DNA of 64,000 nucleotides, taken from positions 69,026 through 133,025 of the forward strand of contig JAFGFA010000003.1 of assembly GCA_016931275.1 (NCBI GenBank). The letters run 5' to 3'. This document shows positions 28,269 to 38,498 of this stretch, piece after piece (position 1 is the stretch's first letter; each line of letters opens with the position of its first letter). The position numbers and the translations under genes were made by a program. The notes beneath the pieces were generated by a model that worked only from the letters and a program-made list of their open reading frames with translations, made no database searches and was not told the DNA's origin. The stretch comes from Parachlamydiales bacterium. GTDB lineage: Bacteria > Chlamydiota > Chlamydiia > Chlamydiales > SM23-39.

Positions 28269-29987
28269 ATGGGAAAAATACGGATTCTTCTCATTGCCCT
28301 AGCATCATTCATGCTCAGCTTTAGTTTTATCTACGTACAAATACATTATTTTCATCTTCCCACTATTATTCCCTCTCCGATCGACAAAGAACTTTCCTTG
28401 ACCATCATCATTTCCTCCCATAATCAAGAACAACATATTCTCGATCTGTTTCATAGCATCTTTCAGCAATCGTACAAGAACTATCAGGTCATATTCATCG
28501 ATGACGGATCTTACGATGCGACTTATTCTCTAGCAAAAAAAATAGTACAAGACTTTCAAAAAGAAAACATCGTCACGATCAAACGCTATCAAAAAAGAAA
28601 AGGTTCTGTCGGCAGGTTCTATGAAAATATCATCAATCTTCCAGACAACACTGTTGTCGTATGCATGGAAGGAAACACTTATTTTGCTCATCAAGATGTC
28701 CTAAAAAAAATCAATCATATCTATGCCTCTTCCGACACATGGCTAGCCTATGGCCAACAGAAAGAACTCTTCTCCCGCAAGAAAAGTTCTCTCCATCTCA
28801 TAAAAAGCACCAATCTCTTTTCCAATTCTATGAGAAAAAAATATTGGAAACGCCCTATGCTAAAAACCTTCTATGCAGGATTATTCAAAAAAGTCGCTCT
28901 CTCCGATTTTTTCTTTCGAGGTGAATTAGTCGAAGAACCTTTTGATTACGCCTATATGTTTCCCATGTTAGAAATGGCAGCAAATCATGTTCTTTGTACA
29001 CGGGATGTCCTCGCGTTGTATCATGACTACAAACATATTGATAAAAAAAGAGCCTGTTTTCGTTCTCCTTATCAATGCCAACGATATATTCGACGCTCCT
29101 TGCCCTATGAACCATTATTAGAACCGCCGTATCTTACAAAAATTACCAAAAGAGGGCAAGCCGATGTAATCCTCTTCTCTTTTGATTCTCCCCTACAGCT
29201 CCATGCCCTTTTAGAGTCCATCAACTATTTCATGACCGGCATCCATCAAATTTCCGTTCTTTATCGTTCCAGTGATATCCGACATGAACAATCCTATGAT
29301 AAAATCAAAAAACTGTTTCCTAGAGTGCAATTCATTAAACAATCAGAACTGCCTCATACAGACTTTAAGCCCCTTTTAATGCAAATCATTTTCGGGTCCA
29401 CACAAAAATACAGTCAATATCTCCTCTTTGCTACGGATGAATTAATTATCAAAGATTTTGTCGATCTTAATAAATGTATTGCCGCTATGGAAAATACGAA
29501 GAGCTCTTTTTTTTCCCTCTCTTTAGGAAAACATATTGCCTATACACGCCATTTTCCTGTTGCAAAACCTTCTTTTTTAAGCATAGCTCAAAAAATAATC
29601 GGCTGGCAGCTCAATAAAGGAGAAAAAGAATGGGCGGATAATTATAACGCTCATCTTACGGTATATCGCAAAAAAGATATCTTTCCCTATCTGCAAAAGA
29701 TCGCGTTCACTTCTCCAAAAGACCTTCTTCACAAATGGAATATGTTGGCCCATCAAACTATCTCTAAGTATCATCAACGAAGAAGAACTGGGCTTTGCTT
29801 TATCTATTCTAAGGCCATTAGTTTGCCTTATTCTCAATACTCCTCCGATGAATTATTCCAAAAATACGAGCAAGGATCTAGGATCTATATCGATCCTCTT
29901 TTTCAAATAAAAAATAATTCTTTTCTTGTCGATACATCTCTTCCTTTCATAGAACGAGAAGCATTTGATCTGGAGCAAACAGACTGA
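28269..29987 (+). CDS. Membrane-anchored two-domain glycosyltransferase (N-terminal GT2 domain plus a second uncharacterised domain)
   Basis: GT2 motif LTIIISSHNQEQHILDLFHSIFQQSYKNYQVIFIDDGSYDAT. N-terminal TM helix. ATG at 28269 has a GAGGAG SD, whereas the ORF track starts at a TTG at 28254. The second half (ADVILFSFDSPLQLHALLESI...) looks like another nucleotide-sugar-type domain. Confidence 0.7.
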   Translation: MGKIRILLIALASFMLSFSFIYVQIHYFHLPTIIPSPIDKELSLTIIISSHNQEQHILDLFHSIFQQSYKNYQVIFIDDGSYDATYSLAKKIVQDFQKENIVTIKRYQKRKGSVGRFYENIINLPDNTVVVCMEGNTYFAHQDVLKKINHIYASSDTWLAYGQQKELFSRKKSSLHLIKSTNLFSNSMRKKYWKRPMLKTFYAGLFKKVALSDFFFRGELVEEPFDYAYMFPMLEMAANHVLCTRDVLALYHDYKHIDKKRACFRSPYQCQRYIRRSLPYEPLLEPPYLTKITKRGQADVILFSFDSPLQLHALLESINYFMTGIHQISVLYRSSDIRHEQSYDKIKKLFPRVQFIKQSELPHTDFKPLLMQIIFGSTQKYSQYLLFATDELIIKDFVDLNKCIAAMENTKSSFFSLSLGKHIAYTRHFPVAKPSFLSIAQKIIGWQLNKGEKEWADNYNAHLTVYRKKDIFPYLQKIAFTSPKDLLHKWNMLAHQTISKYHQRRRTGLCFIYSKAISLPYSQYSSDELFQKYEQGSRIYIDPLFQIKNNSFLVDTSLPFIEREAFDLEQTD

Positions 29988-30053
29988 GCAGGACTCGAAC
30001 CTGCGACCCTCCGCTTAGAAGGCGGATGCTCTATCCAGCTGAGCTATCAGTCC
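29980..30053 (-). tRNA. tRNA-Arg (anticodon UCU)
   Basis: Reverse complement: ggactga/ta/gctc-agctggat-agagc/a/tccgc-ctTCTaa-gcgga/gggtc/gcagg-ttcgagt-cctgc/tcagtct/g. Its 3' end overlaps the last 8 nt of the glycosyltransferase gene on the other strand. Confidence 0.9.
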
Positions 30054-30625
30054 ATACAACATTTTGTTGATAGTGTTTTCTTCCCTATATAACAATTTAT
30101 TAATTTTATGGGTTCTGGGAATTCATGGCTATGGTTTTTTTTGATAAAAATTTTTACTTTAAGATAATTAGCCTTGCTATCTAGTAATGATTACTTTTCT
30201 AGAATCACACTTTTATATCCATCTTATGAAAGATTTTATTTGATGTAGTTTGATATAGTATATATAGAGAATTTCTTTTGCCAAAAGACACTCTTTTGAG
30301 GAACTATACAAAAAACTGAGAAGATGAAAACTTCCTTGTCCCTAAATTTTTTATCGTCCTATTAGAAAGCCTTTCCTATTCTAGGCGTTAGATTTATGTA
30401 GGCAAAAAAATTATTGAAATAGATTTATAAAAGTATTTTTGAGGCATATAGCACTCCCCAAGTTATCTTAGGGGTGAGAGGGCTTCAAATAAAATATTTA
30501 ACAAGATAGGTCCAAATATGTTATCCGTTTATGATTAATTATTATACAATTTGCCAATAATAAAGAAAAAAAAATGATAAAAATCCTCCACGGACTATAA
30601 TAATTGAAAACTAAAGAGGTAACAA

Positions 30626-31291
30626 ATGCCTATCAAAATAGGGATTATTGGCATATCGGGTACAATGGGACAAGCCCTGCAAGAAGAGATCTTGGAAAAG
30701 CCTGAGTTTATCTTATCCGGAGGTGTTCGAAGGGATCGTGAAGAGTTGTCTTCTCTTGAGACTGCTGATGTACTGATCGATTTTTCCCATCCCGGCATGC
30801 TCTTCTCCTACTTACCTTGGGCTTTAGACCATAAAAAACCTTTAGTGATCGGAACAACCGCTCTTTCTTCTGAAAACAGAAAAGAAATGACCAAAGCCTC
30901 ACAGGAGATTCCTATTCTCTGGAGTGCAAATTTCAGCATGGGAATTGCCTATATCCGTGATTTTTTACAAACATGCCCTCATAAAAAAAATGAGATCGTA
31001 TCCTGCGATATCCTAGAATCCCATCACTCTCAAAAAAAAGACAAGCCTTCAGGGACAGCTTTACAGTTGCAAAAAGATCTATCCTCTTTTATTCCTCTCG
31101 TGACGATTCATTCGATACGAGCTCCGCACATTGTCGGCATCCATGAGATAATTTTTCATTTTGCTCATGAAACGCTCACCATAAAACACGAAGCTTTTTC
31201 TCGAAAAGTGTTTGCTCAAGGAGCTCTTTTTGCAGCAAAGCAACTCTATCAAAAACCTCCCAAGCTTTATACTCTAGAGGAATTATTATGA
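30626..31291 (+). CDS. dapB: 4-hydroxy-tetrahydrodipicolinate reductase (short form)
   Basis: IKIGIIGISGTMGQAL, DVLIDFSHP, PLVIGTT, SANFSMG, ESHHSQKKDKPSGTAL. Confidence 0.85.
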   Translation: MPIKIGIIGISGTMGQALQEEILEKPEFILSGGVRRDREELSSLETADVLIDFSHPGMLFSYLPWALDHKKPLVIGTTALSSENRKEMTKASQEIPILWSANFSMGIAYIRDFLQTCPHKKNEIVSCDILESHHSQKKDKPSGTALQLQKDLSSFIPLVTIHSIRAPHIVGIHEIIFHFAHETLTIKHEAFSRKVFAQGALFAAKQLYQKPPKLYTLEELL

Positions 31292-32115
31292 AAAAAATTG
31301 TTATAAAAAATTTTGCGATCGGCGAAAAGGAAAAGCTCACTCTTATGAGCGGTCCTTGCGTGATTGAAAACTTAGACCATACTTTGCAATGCGCTGAAGC
31401 TCTCGTCAAGATCACCACATCGCTTCCTGTTCATTTGATCTTTAAGGCCAGTTATGACAAAGCAAACCGCTCTTCCCTCCATTCATTTCGCGGGCCCGGC
31501 ATTGAGGAAGGATTAAAAATCTTGCAAAAAGTACAATCAGAATTTGATCTTCCTCTTATAACAGATGTGCATACTCCTCAAGAAGCGGCTATTGCTGCCG
31601 GTGTTTGCGACATGATTCAAATCCCAGCTTTTTTATGCCGACAAACCGATCTTTTGATAGCAGCAGGCAACACACAAAAACCGATCAACATTAAAAAAGG
31701 GCAATTTGTGGCTCCCTGGAATGTGGAGGAGATCCTTCATAAAGTCACTTCTACAGGCAATGAAAATATCCTCTTAACGGATAGGGGAACCTGTTTTGGC
31801 TATAACAATCTAGTAGCCGATATGCGATCCATTCCGATCATGCAAAATTTTGGATATCCTGTCTGCTTTGACGCATCCCATTCAGCCCAGCTTCCGGGAA
31901 GTTTAGGCTCCATCACAGGAGGATTGAGGGAATATATTCCTCACCTGGCAAAAGCAGCTATTGCTGCAGGTGCCAATGTTCTTTTTATTGAATCTCACCC
32001 AACCCCTGAAAAAGCTAAAAGCGATAGCACCACTGTCATGCCTTATGATGCCCTGGAAAAACTTCTTCATGACGTGGTTAAAATTTATGGTATTGTACAT
32101 GAACATTCTTCATAA
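31288..32115 (+). CDS. kdsA: 3-deoxy-8-phosphooctulonate (KDO-8-P) synthase
   Basis: LMSGPCVIE, FKASYDKANRSSLHSFRGPG, DVHTPQE, IPAFLCRQTDL, CFDASHS. ATGA overlap with dapB. Confidence 0.95.
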   Translation: MKKIVIKNFAIGEKEKLTLMSGPCVIENLDHTLQCAEALVKITTSLPVHLIFKASYDKANRSSLHSFRGPGIEEGLKILQKVQSEFDLPLITDVHTPQEAAIAAGVCDMIQIPAFLCRQTDLLIAAGNTQKPINIKKGQFVAPWNVEEILHKVTSTGNENILLTDRGTCFGYNNLVADMRSIPIMQNFGYPVCFDASHSAQLPGSLGSITGGLREYIPHLAKAAIAAGANVLFIESHPTPEKAKSDSTTVMPYDALEKLLHDVVKIYGIVHEHSS

Positions 32116-32704
32116 AAAAATAATCCTGAGTTTCATGATTATCACCATTTTTACCCTAGGAATGATTCGTTATTTTTTTACTCTTTCTTCAAAAGATTTT
32201 TCTCATTATGCCTCCTGGTTACATAAAAAAAATGCGTTAGCTCTGCATAACCATCAAACGCACAATGCCTCACAGCAAAGAAAAAATGTGCAAAAAGATA
32301 TTTATCTAGCCAAAGAAAAAGAACGCCAGCACTTACGGATCTTTTCGGACGCCTCCGATCTCCTCATTAAAGAAAACAAGGGATCCATTAAATACAGCGA
32401 AAAATTTTACAATGTCCAATGCTGGATCCAAGAGCAGGTTTGCCTTTCTCCTCCTTCGCAACAGCTGCGCTATTTTACTGCCGACAGCGGAAAATATTCC
32501 TTTCATTCCCACCATTTCAGTGCGCAAAACACACATATTATATTTCTAACACTTCCTTCTATTGCTATCCCCTCTTCCGTATCTTCTTTTGAGGCCTTTT
32601 TAGTCGGAAATGCAGAAAGTATCGATTACTATTTTTTAGAAAATACTCCCCATTTTCATGCTCAAAAATGTGTTTTTGAATTTAATCCCAAAAAAATGCC
32701 ATGA
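32099..32704 (+). CDS. Membrane-anchored protein at the LptC position (LptC-like)
   Basis: Internal ATG at 32099 gives MNILHKKIILSFMIITIFTLGMIRYF, a single N-terminal TM followed by about 175 aa. It sits between kdsA and lptB. The ORF-track N-terminal extension lies inside kdsA. Confidence 0.4.
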   Translation: MNILHKKIILSFMIITIFTLGMIRYFFTLSSKDFSHYASWLHKKNALALHNHQTHNASQQRKNVQKDIYLAKEKERQHLRIFSDASDLLIKENKGSIKYSEKFYNVQCWIQEQVCLSPPSQQLRYFTADSGKYSFHSHHFSAQNTHIIFLTLPSIAIPSSVSSFEAFLVGNAESIDYYFLENTPHFHAQKCVFEFNPKKMP

Positions 32705-33972
32705 GATACTTACTATTTTCTCTTTTATGCACCCTATCTCTTATAGCTGTAGAAAAGGCTCTACCAGAAAATGTACAAACCATTTCTTCTTTAGGATTAT
32801 TACAGGCAAAAAATATCGATTGGGAAGAAGTACTCGATCAAAAAAATATCTTTAAAATCCTGTTTAATGACGTGGCATTATTTTTGCGCTCTGGAGGTAT
32901 CATCAAGAGTCATTCAGGCAGTTTGGATATCCACAACCAAATGCTTACCCTTACCTCTTCCGATAAGATCTCTTATAAAGATCAGCTGTTTCCTCTAAAT
33001 CTCACCGCCAAGAAGATGGAATGCAATTTGAACGATCTCGATGCTAACAATCCATTTTCCTCCATGACCTTTTCTCAAGACGTCCATGCCATTTTCGATA
33101 CAAACTTTTACTTGGAAGGAGAAAAAGCCTGTTATTTTTTCCGTAATGACCATCGAACCATTTCGTGCTATCCCAAAGAAAATAACTTCTGTGAGCTACG
33201 TATGGATGGACATCCCATACAAGCGCAATTTGCTGAGGTCGACCTCGATGACAAGAGCTGTCGTCTTCAAAAAATCCAAGGTCGCATGCATCATCTTCCT
33301 TTTGCCTTTTCCTCTGATGAACTTTTTTGGAACAAAGAAAAAAACTCTCTAATCTTAAAGAAAAATGTACACATCGACCACATCCATTTTGGCCATATCA
33401 CTTCTGAAGAAGTACATCTCCTTCAAAAAAACAACTCCTTTGAAAAAATTATCTCTGAGGGGACCACACAAATACAGTTCCGCTTTTCCGACCTTCCATC
33501 AGCCACCTTGTATTGCGAAGGCACGATTATTGTAGATAACGAATCCATGGAAATACGCGCACATGCTCAAAATCCGAAAAATCCTATCTGCTTTCAAGAC
33601 AATAATCTCACCATTTATGCGGAAGAAGCAATCTGTTCCTCTATAAAAGAGGAGCAGCATATTATTCCTCAAAAGATCTCTCTTTTTAAAAATGTCCGTT
33701 TCTTTCATAAGACCTCTCCTACTATCACAGGCCTTGGCTGTGCCGATATCATCTCCTATGATCCAAAAACAAAGATCATTTTGTTGGAAGCGGAAAAACC
33801 AAAAAAAGTCCTTTTTTGGCAAGACGACAATGCTTTACGAATTAGTGCGCCAGAGATCCACATTACGGAGGATCGGCAAATTATCGGTAAAGGATGTGTA
33901 CGTTTTGCCTTTAACCTGGAAGAAGAAGAATTTTTTCAAAAACTATTTTCACAATATTTATGGAAACCATGA
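32701..33972 (+). CDS. Secreted protein at the LptA/OstA position of the kdsA-lptB operon
   Basis: Signal peptide MRYLLFSLLCTLSLIAVEKA. Overlaps both neighbours. Assignment is by position only. Confidence 0.35.
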   Translation: MRYLLFSLLCTLSLIAVEKALPENVQTISSLGLLQAKNIDWEEVLDQKNIFKILFNDVALFLRSGGIIKSHSGSLDIHNQMLTLTSSDKISYKDQLFPLNLTAKKMECNLNDLDANNPFSSMTFSQDVHAIFDTNFYLEGEKACYFFRNDHRTISCYPKENNFCELRMDGHPIQAQFAEVDLDDKSCRLQKIQGRMHHLPFAFSSDELFWNKEKNSLILKKNVHIDHIHFGHITSEEVHLLQKNNSFEKIISEGTTQIQFRFSDLPSATLYCEGTIIVDNESMEIRAHAQNPKNPICFQDNNLTIYAEEAICSSIKEEQHIIPQKISLFKNVRFFHKTSPTITGLGCADIISYDPKTKIILLEAEKPKKVLFWQDDNALRISAPEIHITEDRQIIGKGCVRFAFNLEEEEFFQKLFSQYLWKP

Positions 33973-34694
33973 ATCCTTTACTCAAAGTACAACATTTAGA
34001 AAAAACCTATGGAGAAAAAAAGGTCGTCAACGATCTTTCTTTCGAGATCCATTCCGGAGAAGTGCTCGGCTTTTTAGGTCCCAATGGCGCCGGAAAAACG
34101 ACTGCCTTCTACATGGTCATCGGTCTAATTCAACCTGACCGAGGAGATATCTTTTTCCACAATATCAACATCACCCGAGAGCCTATTCATAAAAGAGCCA
34201 TGATGGGGATGGGCTATTTGGCACAAGAGCCCTCGATTTTTACCCAAATGAGTGTCGAAGAAAATATCCTTTGTATCTTACAAACTCTCGATCTTCCTCT
34301 TTTAGAACAAAAAAAACGGCTGGGCCTACTTCTTGAAGAACTATCCCTCACACATCTCCGCAAGAAAAAGGCAGCTGCTCTCTCCGGAGGAGAAAGACGC
34401 CGCCTGGAAATTACCCGCTCTCTTGTGCGGGAACCTACCTTGCTCTTATTAGACGAACCTTTTGCTAATATCGATCCTCTTGCTGTACAAGATGTCAAAA
34501 AACTTATTCTCTTATTAAAGAAAAAAAACATCTCGATTTTAATCACAGACCATAATGCCCGAGAAATATTTTCTATTGCTGATAGAAGTTATCTTATTCA
34601 GGACGGAAGAGTAATGCTAGAAGGAAAAGTCGATTCCCTGATCCATCATCCCGATGCGAAAAAATATTATCTCGGAGAAAATTTTACTTTATAA
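33960..34694 (+). CDS. lptB: LPS export ABC transporter ATP-binding protein LptB
   Basis: Walker A GPNGAGKTT, signature LSGGERRRLEITRSL, Walker B LLLLDEPFANIDP, about 240 aa, C-terminal YLGENF. Confidence 0.85.
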   Translation: METMNPLLKVQHLEKTYGEKKVVNDLSFEIHSGEVLGFLGPNGAGKTTAFYMVIGLIQPDRGDIFFHNINITREPIHKRAMMGMGYLAQEPSIFTQMSVEENILCILQTLDLPLLEQKKRLGLLLEELSLTHLRKKKAAALSGGERRRLEITRSLVREPTLLLLDEPFANIDPLAVQDVKKLILLLKKKNISILITDHNAREIFSIADRSYLIQDGRVMLEGKVDSLIHHPDAKKYYLGENFTL

Positions 34695-35754
34695 TTTTCT
34701 CTAATTCCTTCACGGCACCGAAGACTTCCCGTACCGATATCGTTTCGAGACAATCGGCATATTTACTGCCGCCGCATCCATCTAAAAGACACGGACGACA
34801 GGAAAAATCCTTGACGATCACTTTGCTATATGGATGATCCCATGGCCCCCATTTCTTCTCAGAGGTAGGACCGAACAGGACTACGAGAGGCACCCGAAAA
34901 GCGCTTGCTATATGAGCTACCAACGTGTCTACAGCGATCACACACTGACTCCCGGCAATCAATGCTTTGAGTTCTTCCAGGGAAAATGTCCCGGCAACAT
35001 TCACAACATCCAGACCTTGAGCTATCTCTTGGACCAACATTTCTTCTTCTCGGTTTCCGCTCAAGACAATCTTATATCCCTCTTGGAGCAATAAAGAAAT
35101 ACATTCTCTCCATAATCTCTTATTCCAACACTTAAAACGCCATCTAGCCCCCGGATGCAGGACAAGGTATTTTTTCTCTTCCAAGCATTTTTTTTGTAAA
35201 AACGCTGCAACGCTTTTTTTAGCCTCTGCATCCACTCGCAACAAAAGCTTTTTCTCTTTTGGAACAATGCCTATCCTTCGAAGGACATCTAAATATCGTT
35301 CCACTTGATGCCTAGGAGTAGGACAATCTTTCACCAGATGCGTATACATCGCCTGTTTTTTATAAAATCCCTGATGATGAGTATACCCTACCCTAAAGGG
35401 CGCACCGGAAAAAAAGGCGATAATCGCCCCTCGATCCCCTTCCGTCAAATTGATCACAAGATCATATTGTTCCTTTCGGATCTTCCATAGAAGAAGACAT
35501 TCCTTTACGATTTTTTTTAGGAAAAAAAAATTTTTCCATTTTCGATCCACCACATGCACCTGATGAATACTCGGATGATCTTTTAATAAACAAAAAGCTT
35601 CCTCATATACCATCGCATCAATCCGGCATGTCGATTTATGTTGTTGAATCGTCGTATATAAAGGTGTTCCCAAAAGGACGTCCCCTAAATGACGAAAATG
35701 AACCACTAAAATCTTTTGAACCCGGGAAAAATCGATATATTGTCCATAAGTCAT
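34684..35754 (-). CDS. Glycosyltransferase family 9 (LPS heptosyltransferase-like)
   Basis: [23 protein letters not shown]-terminal GT9 signature and C-terminal [25 protein letters not shown]. Confidence 0.8.
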   Translation of the reverse strand: MTYGQYIDFSRVQKILVVHFRHLGDVLLGTPLYTTIQQHKSTCRIDAMVYEEAFCLLKDHPSIHQVHVVDRKWKNFFFLKKIVKECLLLWKIRKEQYDLVINLTEGDRGAIIAFFSGAPFRVGYTHHQGFYKKQAMYTHLVKDCPTPRHQVERYLDVLRRIGIVPKEKKLLLRVDAEAKKSVAAFLQKKCLEEKKYLVLHPGARWRFKCWNKRLWRECISLLLQEGYKIVLSGNREEEMLVQEIAQGLDVVNVAGTFSLEELKALIAGSQCVIAVDTLVAHIASAFRVPLVVLFGPTSEKKWGPWDHPYSKVIVKDFSCRPCLLDGCGGSKYADCLETISVREVFGAVKELEKIIK

Positions 35755-35810
35755 TGCGATATTTGGCCTTATCTCATATAATTTTTTTCATATACCAGGA
35801 GAAATCTATC

Positions 35811-36233
35811 ATGATTGAACACACACTTTCTATTATTAAACCCGATGCTACAAAAAAAAATCAAATAGGAAATATCATCGCCCGCCTCGAAAAAGGAGGC
35901 TTGAAAGTTGTCGCTGCAAAAATGCTGCACCTCACCAAACAACAAGCCGAAGATTTTTATGCCGTTCATAAAGAAAAGCCTTTTTTTGAAAGCTTAGTCT
36001 CTTTTATGACTTCCGGTCCTATCCTCGTGCAAGTATTAGAAGGAGAAAAAGCCATTGAAAAAAATCGGGAGATCATGGGAGCGACCGATCCTCATAAAGC
36101 GGCCATAGGTACTATCAGAAAAGACTTCGCCGAGTCTATCGAAAGAAATGCCGTGCACGGATCCGATGGTCCGAAAACTGCAAAAGATGAAATTGCTTTT
36201 TTCTTTCAAGAAGATGAAATTTGTTCTTCATAA
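35811..36233 (+). CDS. ndk: Nucleoside diphosphate kinase
   Basis: [30 protein letters not shown]...NAVHGSD. AGGAG SD 9 nt upstream of ATG at 35811. The ORF-track extension to 35628 overlaps the GT9 gene. Confidence 0.95.
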   Translation: MIEHTLSIIKPDATKKNQIGNIIARLEKGGLKVVAAKMLHLTKQQAEDFYAVHKEKPFFESLVSFMTSGPILVQVLEGEKAIEKNREIMGATDPHKAAIGTIRKDFAESIERNAVHGSDGPKTAKDEIAFFFQEDEICSS

Positions 36234-36340
36234 TATTTAAATTAAAAGAATAAGCCTTGTTAATTACTGAGAACGTAAAAAATATACAATATTTTTATGT
36301 CTTAATTTTATTTTTTAAATAAGAAAAACCATAAAAAAAA

Positions 36341-36374
36341 ATCCTTTCTTTAGCAAAAAAGAAAGGATTTTTTA
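36341..36374. terminator. Bidirectional rho-independent terminator
   Basis: atcctttcttt / aaagaaaggat, a perfect 11-bp stem flanked by an A-run and a T-run, between convergent ndk and 36398-36790. Confidence 0.8.
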
Positions 36375-36397
36375 ATAAAAAACTAAAAAGAATCTTA

Positions 36398-36790
36398 TTA
36401 TTCATCTACTAAAGATTCATTTAAGCCTTCTTCGCTCTCCGTAGAAAGAGGCTTAAATCCTTGACGAACATGAAGTACTCCCCAAGCATTAGAAAAAATA
36501 CTGTTAAAATCCTCTTTAAGAACTGCTGTATTTTTAGTAAATGGTAACGCCACTACATCAATACCAGTAGCTCCTACAAATAATACAGAAGCTACAGCGC
36601 GCTCAATTCTTGCAAGCAGTTCTCTCAAAGCAAATGTTTTTGCTTTATTTCCAACATATACTCCTAAAGTACCTACTGTTTTAACAGCAGACAAAGAAGT
36701 ATTCCACGATACACCACACTTGTCCCAAGACTCATATTCATAAGCGGCATTTCTCATAGCCAAATTTTCAACAACTTTTGATAATCCCAT
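36398..36790 (-). CDS. Hypothetical protein (130 aa)
   Basis: ORF bracketed by the terminator and an AT-rich upstream region. No family recognised. Confidence 0.45.
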   Translation of the reverse strand: MGLSKVVENLAMRNAAYEYESWDKCGVSWNTSLSAVKTVGTLGVYVGNKAKTFALRELLARIERAVASVLFVGATGIDVVALPFTKNTAVLKEDFNSIFSNAWGVLHVRQGFKPLSTESEEGLNESLVDE

Positions 36791-36953
36791 AATTAAACCT
36801 TCCCTTTAAAAAGTTTTTTAACAAAATCGTAAAGGTACTATATCAATTCCAAAGATTATTCGTCTATCATTTTTTTCCCTGTATCCGACAAAGACTTATC
36901 TCATTCATTTTCAGAAGATTCTCGGACAATAAAATAAACAGATCAAAAAAAAT

Positions 36954-37394
36954 TTATTTACTTTCTATTAAAAAAGTAGCCGGTCCATCATTAATAAGCG
37001 CTACTTGCATTGCGGCTCCGAATATCCCCGTCTGAACCCGGGGAAAAATTTTTCGAAGGTCTTCGACAAACCGATCGTAGAGCTCTTTTCCTTTTTCAAA
37101 CGATGCCGCAGAAGTAAAAGAGGGACGTCTTCCTTCAGAGCAATTCGCATAAAGGGTAAATTGAGAAACGACTAAAATTTCTCCTTTGATATCCTGTAAG
37201 GAACGATTCATTTTCCCCTGATCATCGGAAAAGATCCGAAGATGGATCAATTTATCTATCAGATAAGAAACGGAAGGACAAGCATCCTCTGCATGGATCC
37301 CTAAAAACGCTAAAATTCCCTTATTGATAGAACCGACAATTTGTTGATCTACGGTAACAGAAGCTTTTAAAACTCTTTGAATGACAAGGCGCAT
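36954..37394 (-). CDS. dtd: D-aminoacyl-tRNA deacylase
   Basis: MRLVIQRV..., ILVVSQFTLYANCSEGRRPSF, GIFGAAMQVALINDGPATF. Confidence 0.9.
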   Translation of the reverse strand: MRLVIQRVLKASVTVDQQIVGSINKGILAFLGIHAEDACPSVSYLIDKLIHLRIFSDDQGKMNRSLQDIKGEILVVSQFTLYANCSEGRRPSFTSAASFEKGKELYDRFVEDLRKIFPRVQTGIFGAAMQVALINDGPATFLIESK

Positions 37395-38485
37395 TAAAAT
37401 ACTTTTTTTCGCTTAAAGCGATCGAGATATTCTAGTGCTTTTCCGGTGCCAAGGCATACAGCCAGCAAAGGGTTTGGAGCGACAAATACGGGAAGTCCGG
37501 TCTCTTTAATAAGCGCCTTATCCAGTCCTTTCATGAGGGCTCCTCCTCCTGCTAACACCATACCCCGTTCGACAAGGTCTGCAGCGAGTTCCGGAGGACA
37601 TTTTTCCAAGGTCAATTTAACATTCTCGATAATTTGCTGCGTCGGTTCGTTTAATGCTTCTCGGATCTCTACGGAGTTGATCCTTTTGGTAACGGGAAGT
37701 CCTGCTACCTGATCTCTTCCCCGAACCTCCATTTCCAGTTCATTCTGTCCAAGGGGATAAGCCGACCCGATAGTGATTTTAATATCTTCTGCCGTACGTG
37801 GCCCGATCATGAGGTTATAGGTGCGTCGCATATAATTCATAATCACATCATCAAACTCATCGCCGGCGATCCGCAAAGAACGAGATTCTACGATGCCCCC
37901 CAAAGAGATGATGGCTATTTCCGTGGTACCTCCACCGATGTCGATGATCATATTGGCAGAAGGTTCGTGAACCGGGAGATCCACTCCTATGGCCGCTGCC
38001 ATCGGTTCTTCAATCAAAACAACTTCTTGTGCTCCTGCATGAATCGCTGAATCTTCTACGGCTCTTTTTTCTACGCCGGTGATCCCTGAAGGGACGGCGA
38101 TCAATATTTTAGGGCGAAAGAGCGTTCGTGAAGGGGTGACTCTTTTAATCAAAGCTTTTAACATCCCTTCGGCAATTTCAAAATCGGCGATCACACCGTC
38201 TTTCATAGGACGAACGGCATGGATCTTTTGAGGCGTTTTCCCTAACATGGCTTTTGCTTTATGGCCTACTGCGAGCACTTCATTCGTGGAAGAATCCACT
38301 GCGACAACAGAAGGTTCCGCCAGGACAATTCCCTTACCTCGCACATAGACAAGCGTATTGGCAGTACCTAAGTCGATCCCGATGTCCGGAGAGAAAAACC
38401 CAGATAGATGATGGAGTTGATTGGAAAAATTTTTTTTCGTCTTCAGTAAAAATTCTCTAATCCCAAAAGATTCTTTAACGGTCAT
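37394..38485 (-). CDS. mreB: Rod-shape/division actin homolog MreB, with the N-terminal extension typical of chlamydial MreB
   Basis: [58 protein letters not shown]. Confidence 0.95.
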   Translation of the reverse strand: MTVKESFGIREFLLKTKKNFSNQLHHLSGFFSPDIGIDLGTANTLVYVRGKGIVLAEPSVVAVDSSTNEVLAVGHKAKAMLGKTPQKIHAVRPMKDGVIADFEIAEGMLKALIKRVTPSRTLFRPKILIAVPSGITGVEKRAVEDSAIHAGAQEVVLIEEPMAAAIGVDLPVHEPSANMIIDIGGGTTEIAIISLGGIVESRSLRIAGDEFDDVIMNYMRRTYNLMIGPRTAEDIKITIGSAYPLGQNELEMEVRGRDQVAGLPVTKRINSVEIREALNEPTQQIIENVKLTLEKCPPELAADLVERGMVLAGGGALMKGLDKALIKETGLPVFVAPNPLLAVCLGTGKALEYLDRFKRKKVF

Positions 38486-38498
38486 AATTTTTTTACCC

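Noticed and set aside
30054-30625. AT-rich 570-bp spacer next to tRNA-Arg as a genomic-island or prophage remnant
   Set aside because: I found no integrase, transposase or tRNA-derived direct repeat. It stays only a low-interest note, not a mobile-element call.
31961-32098. N-terminal extensions proposed by the ORF track (31961 for the LptC-like gene; likewise 35628 for ndk, 42139 for tig, 21771 for nfo, 9772 for the peptidase, 28254 for the GT2 gene, 21765 for murJ)
   Set aside because: The extensions overlap the neighbouring gene or a tRNA, or start at TTG. Downstream in-frame ATG/GTG codons with good SD sequences give N-termini that match the families.
34214-34546. 110-aa ORF antisense to lptB
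   Set aside because: It is a shadow of a gene with clear ABC motifs. The Arg/Ser-rich translation is typical of antisense reading.
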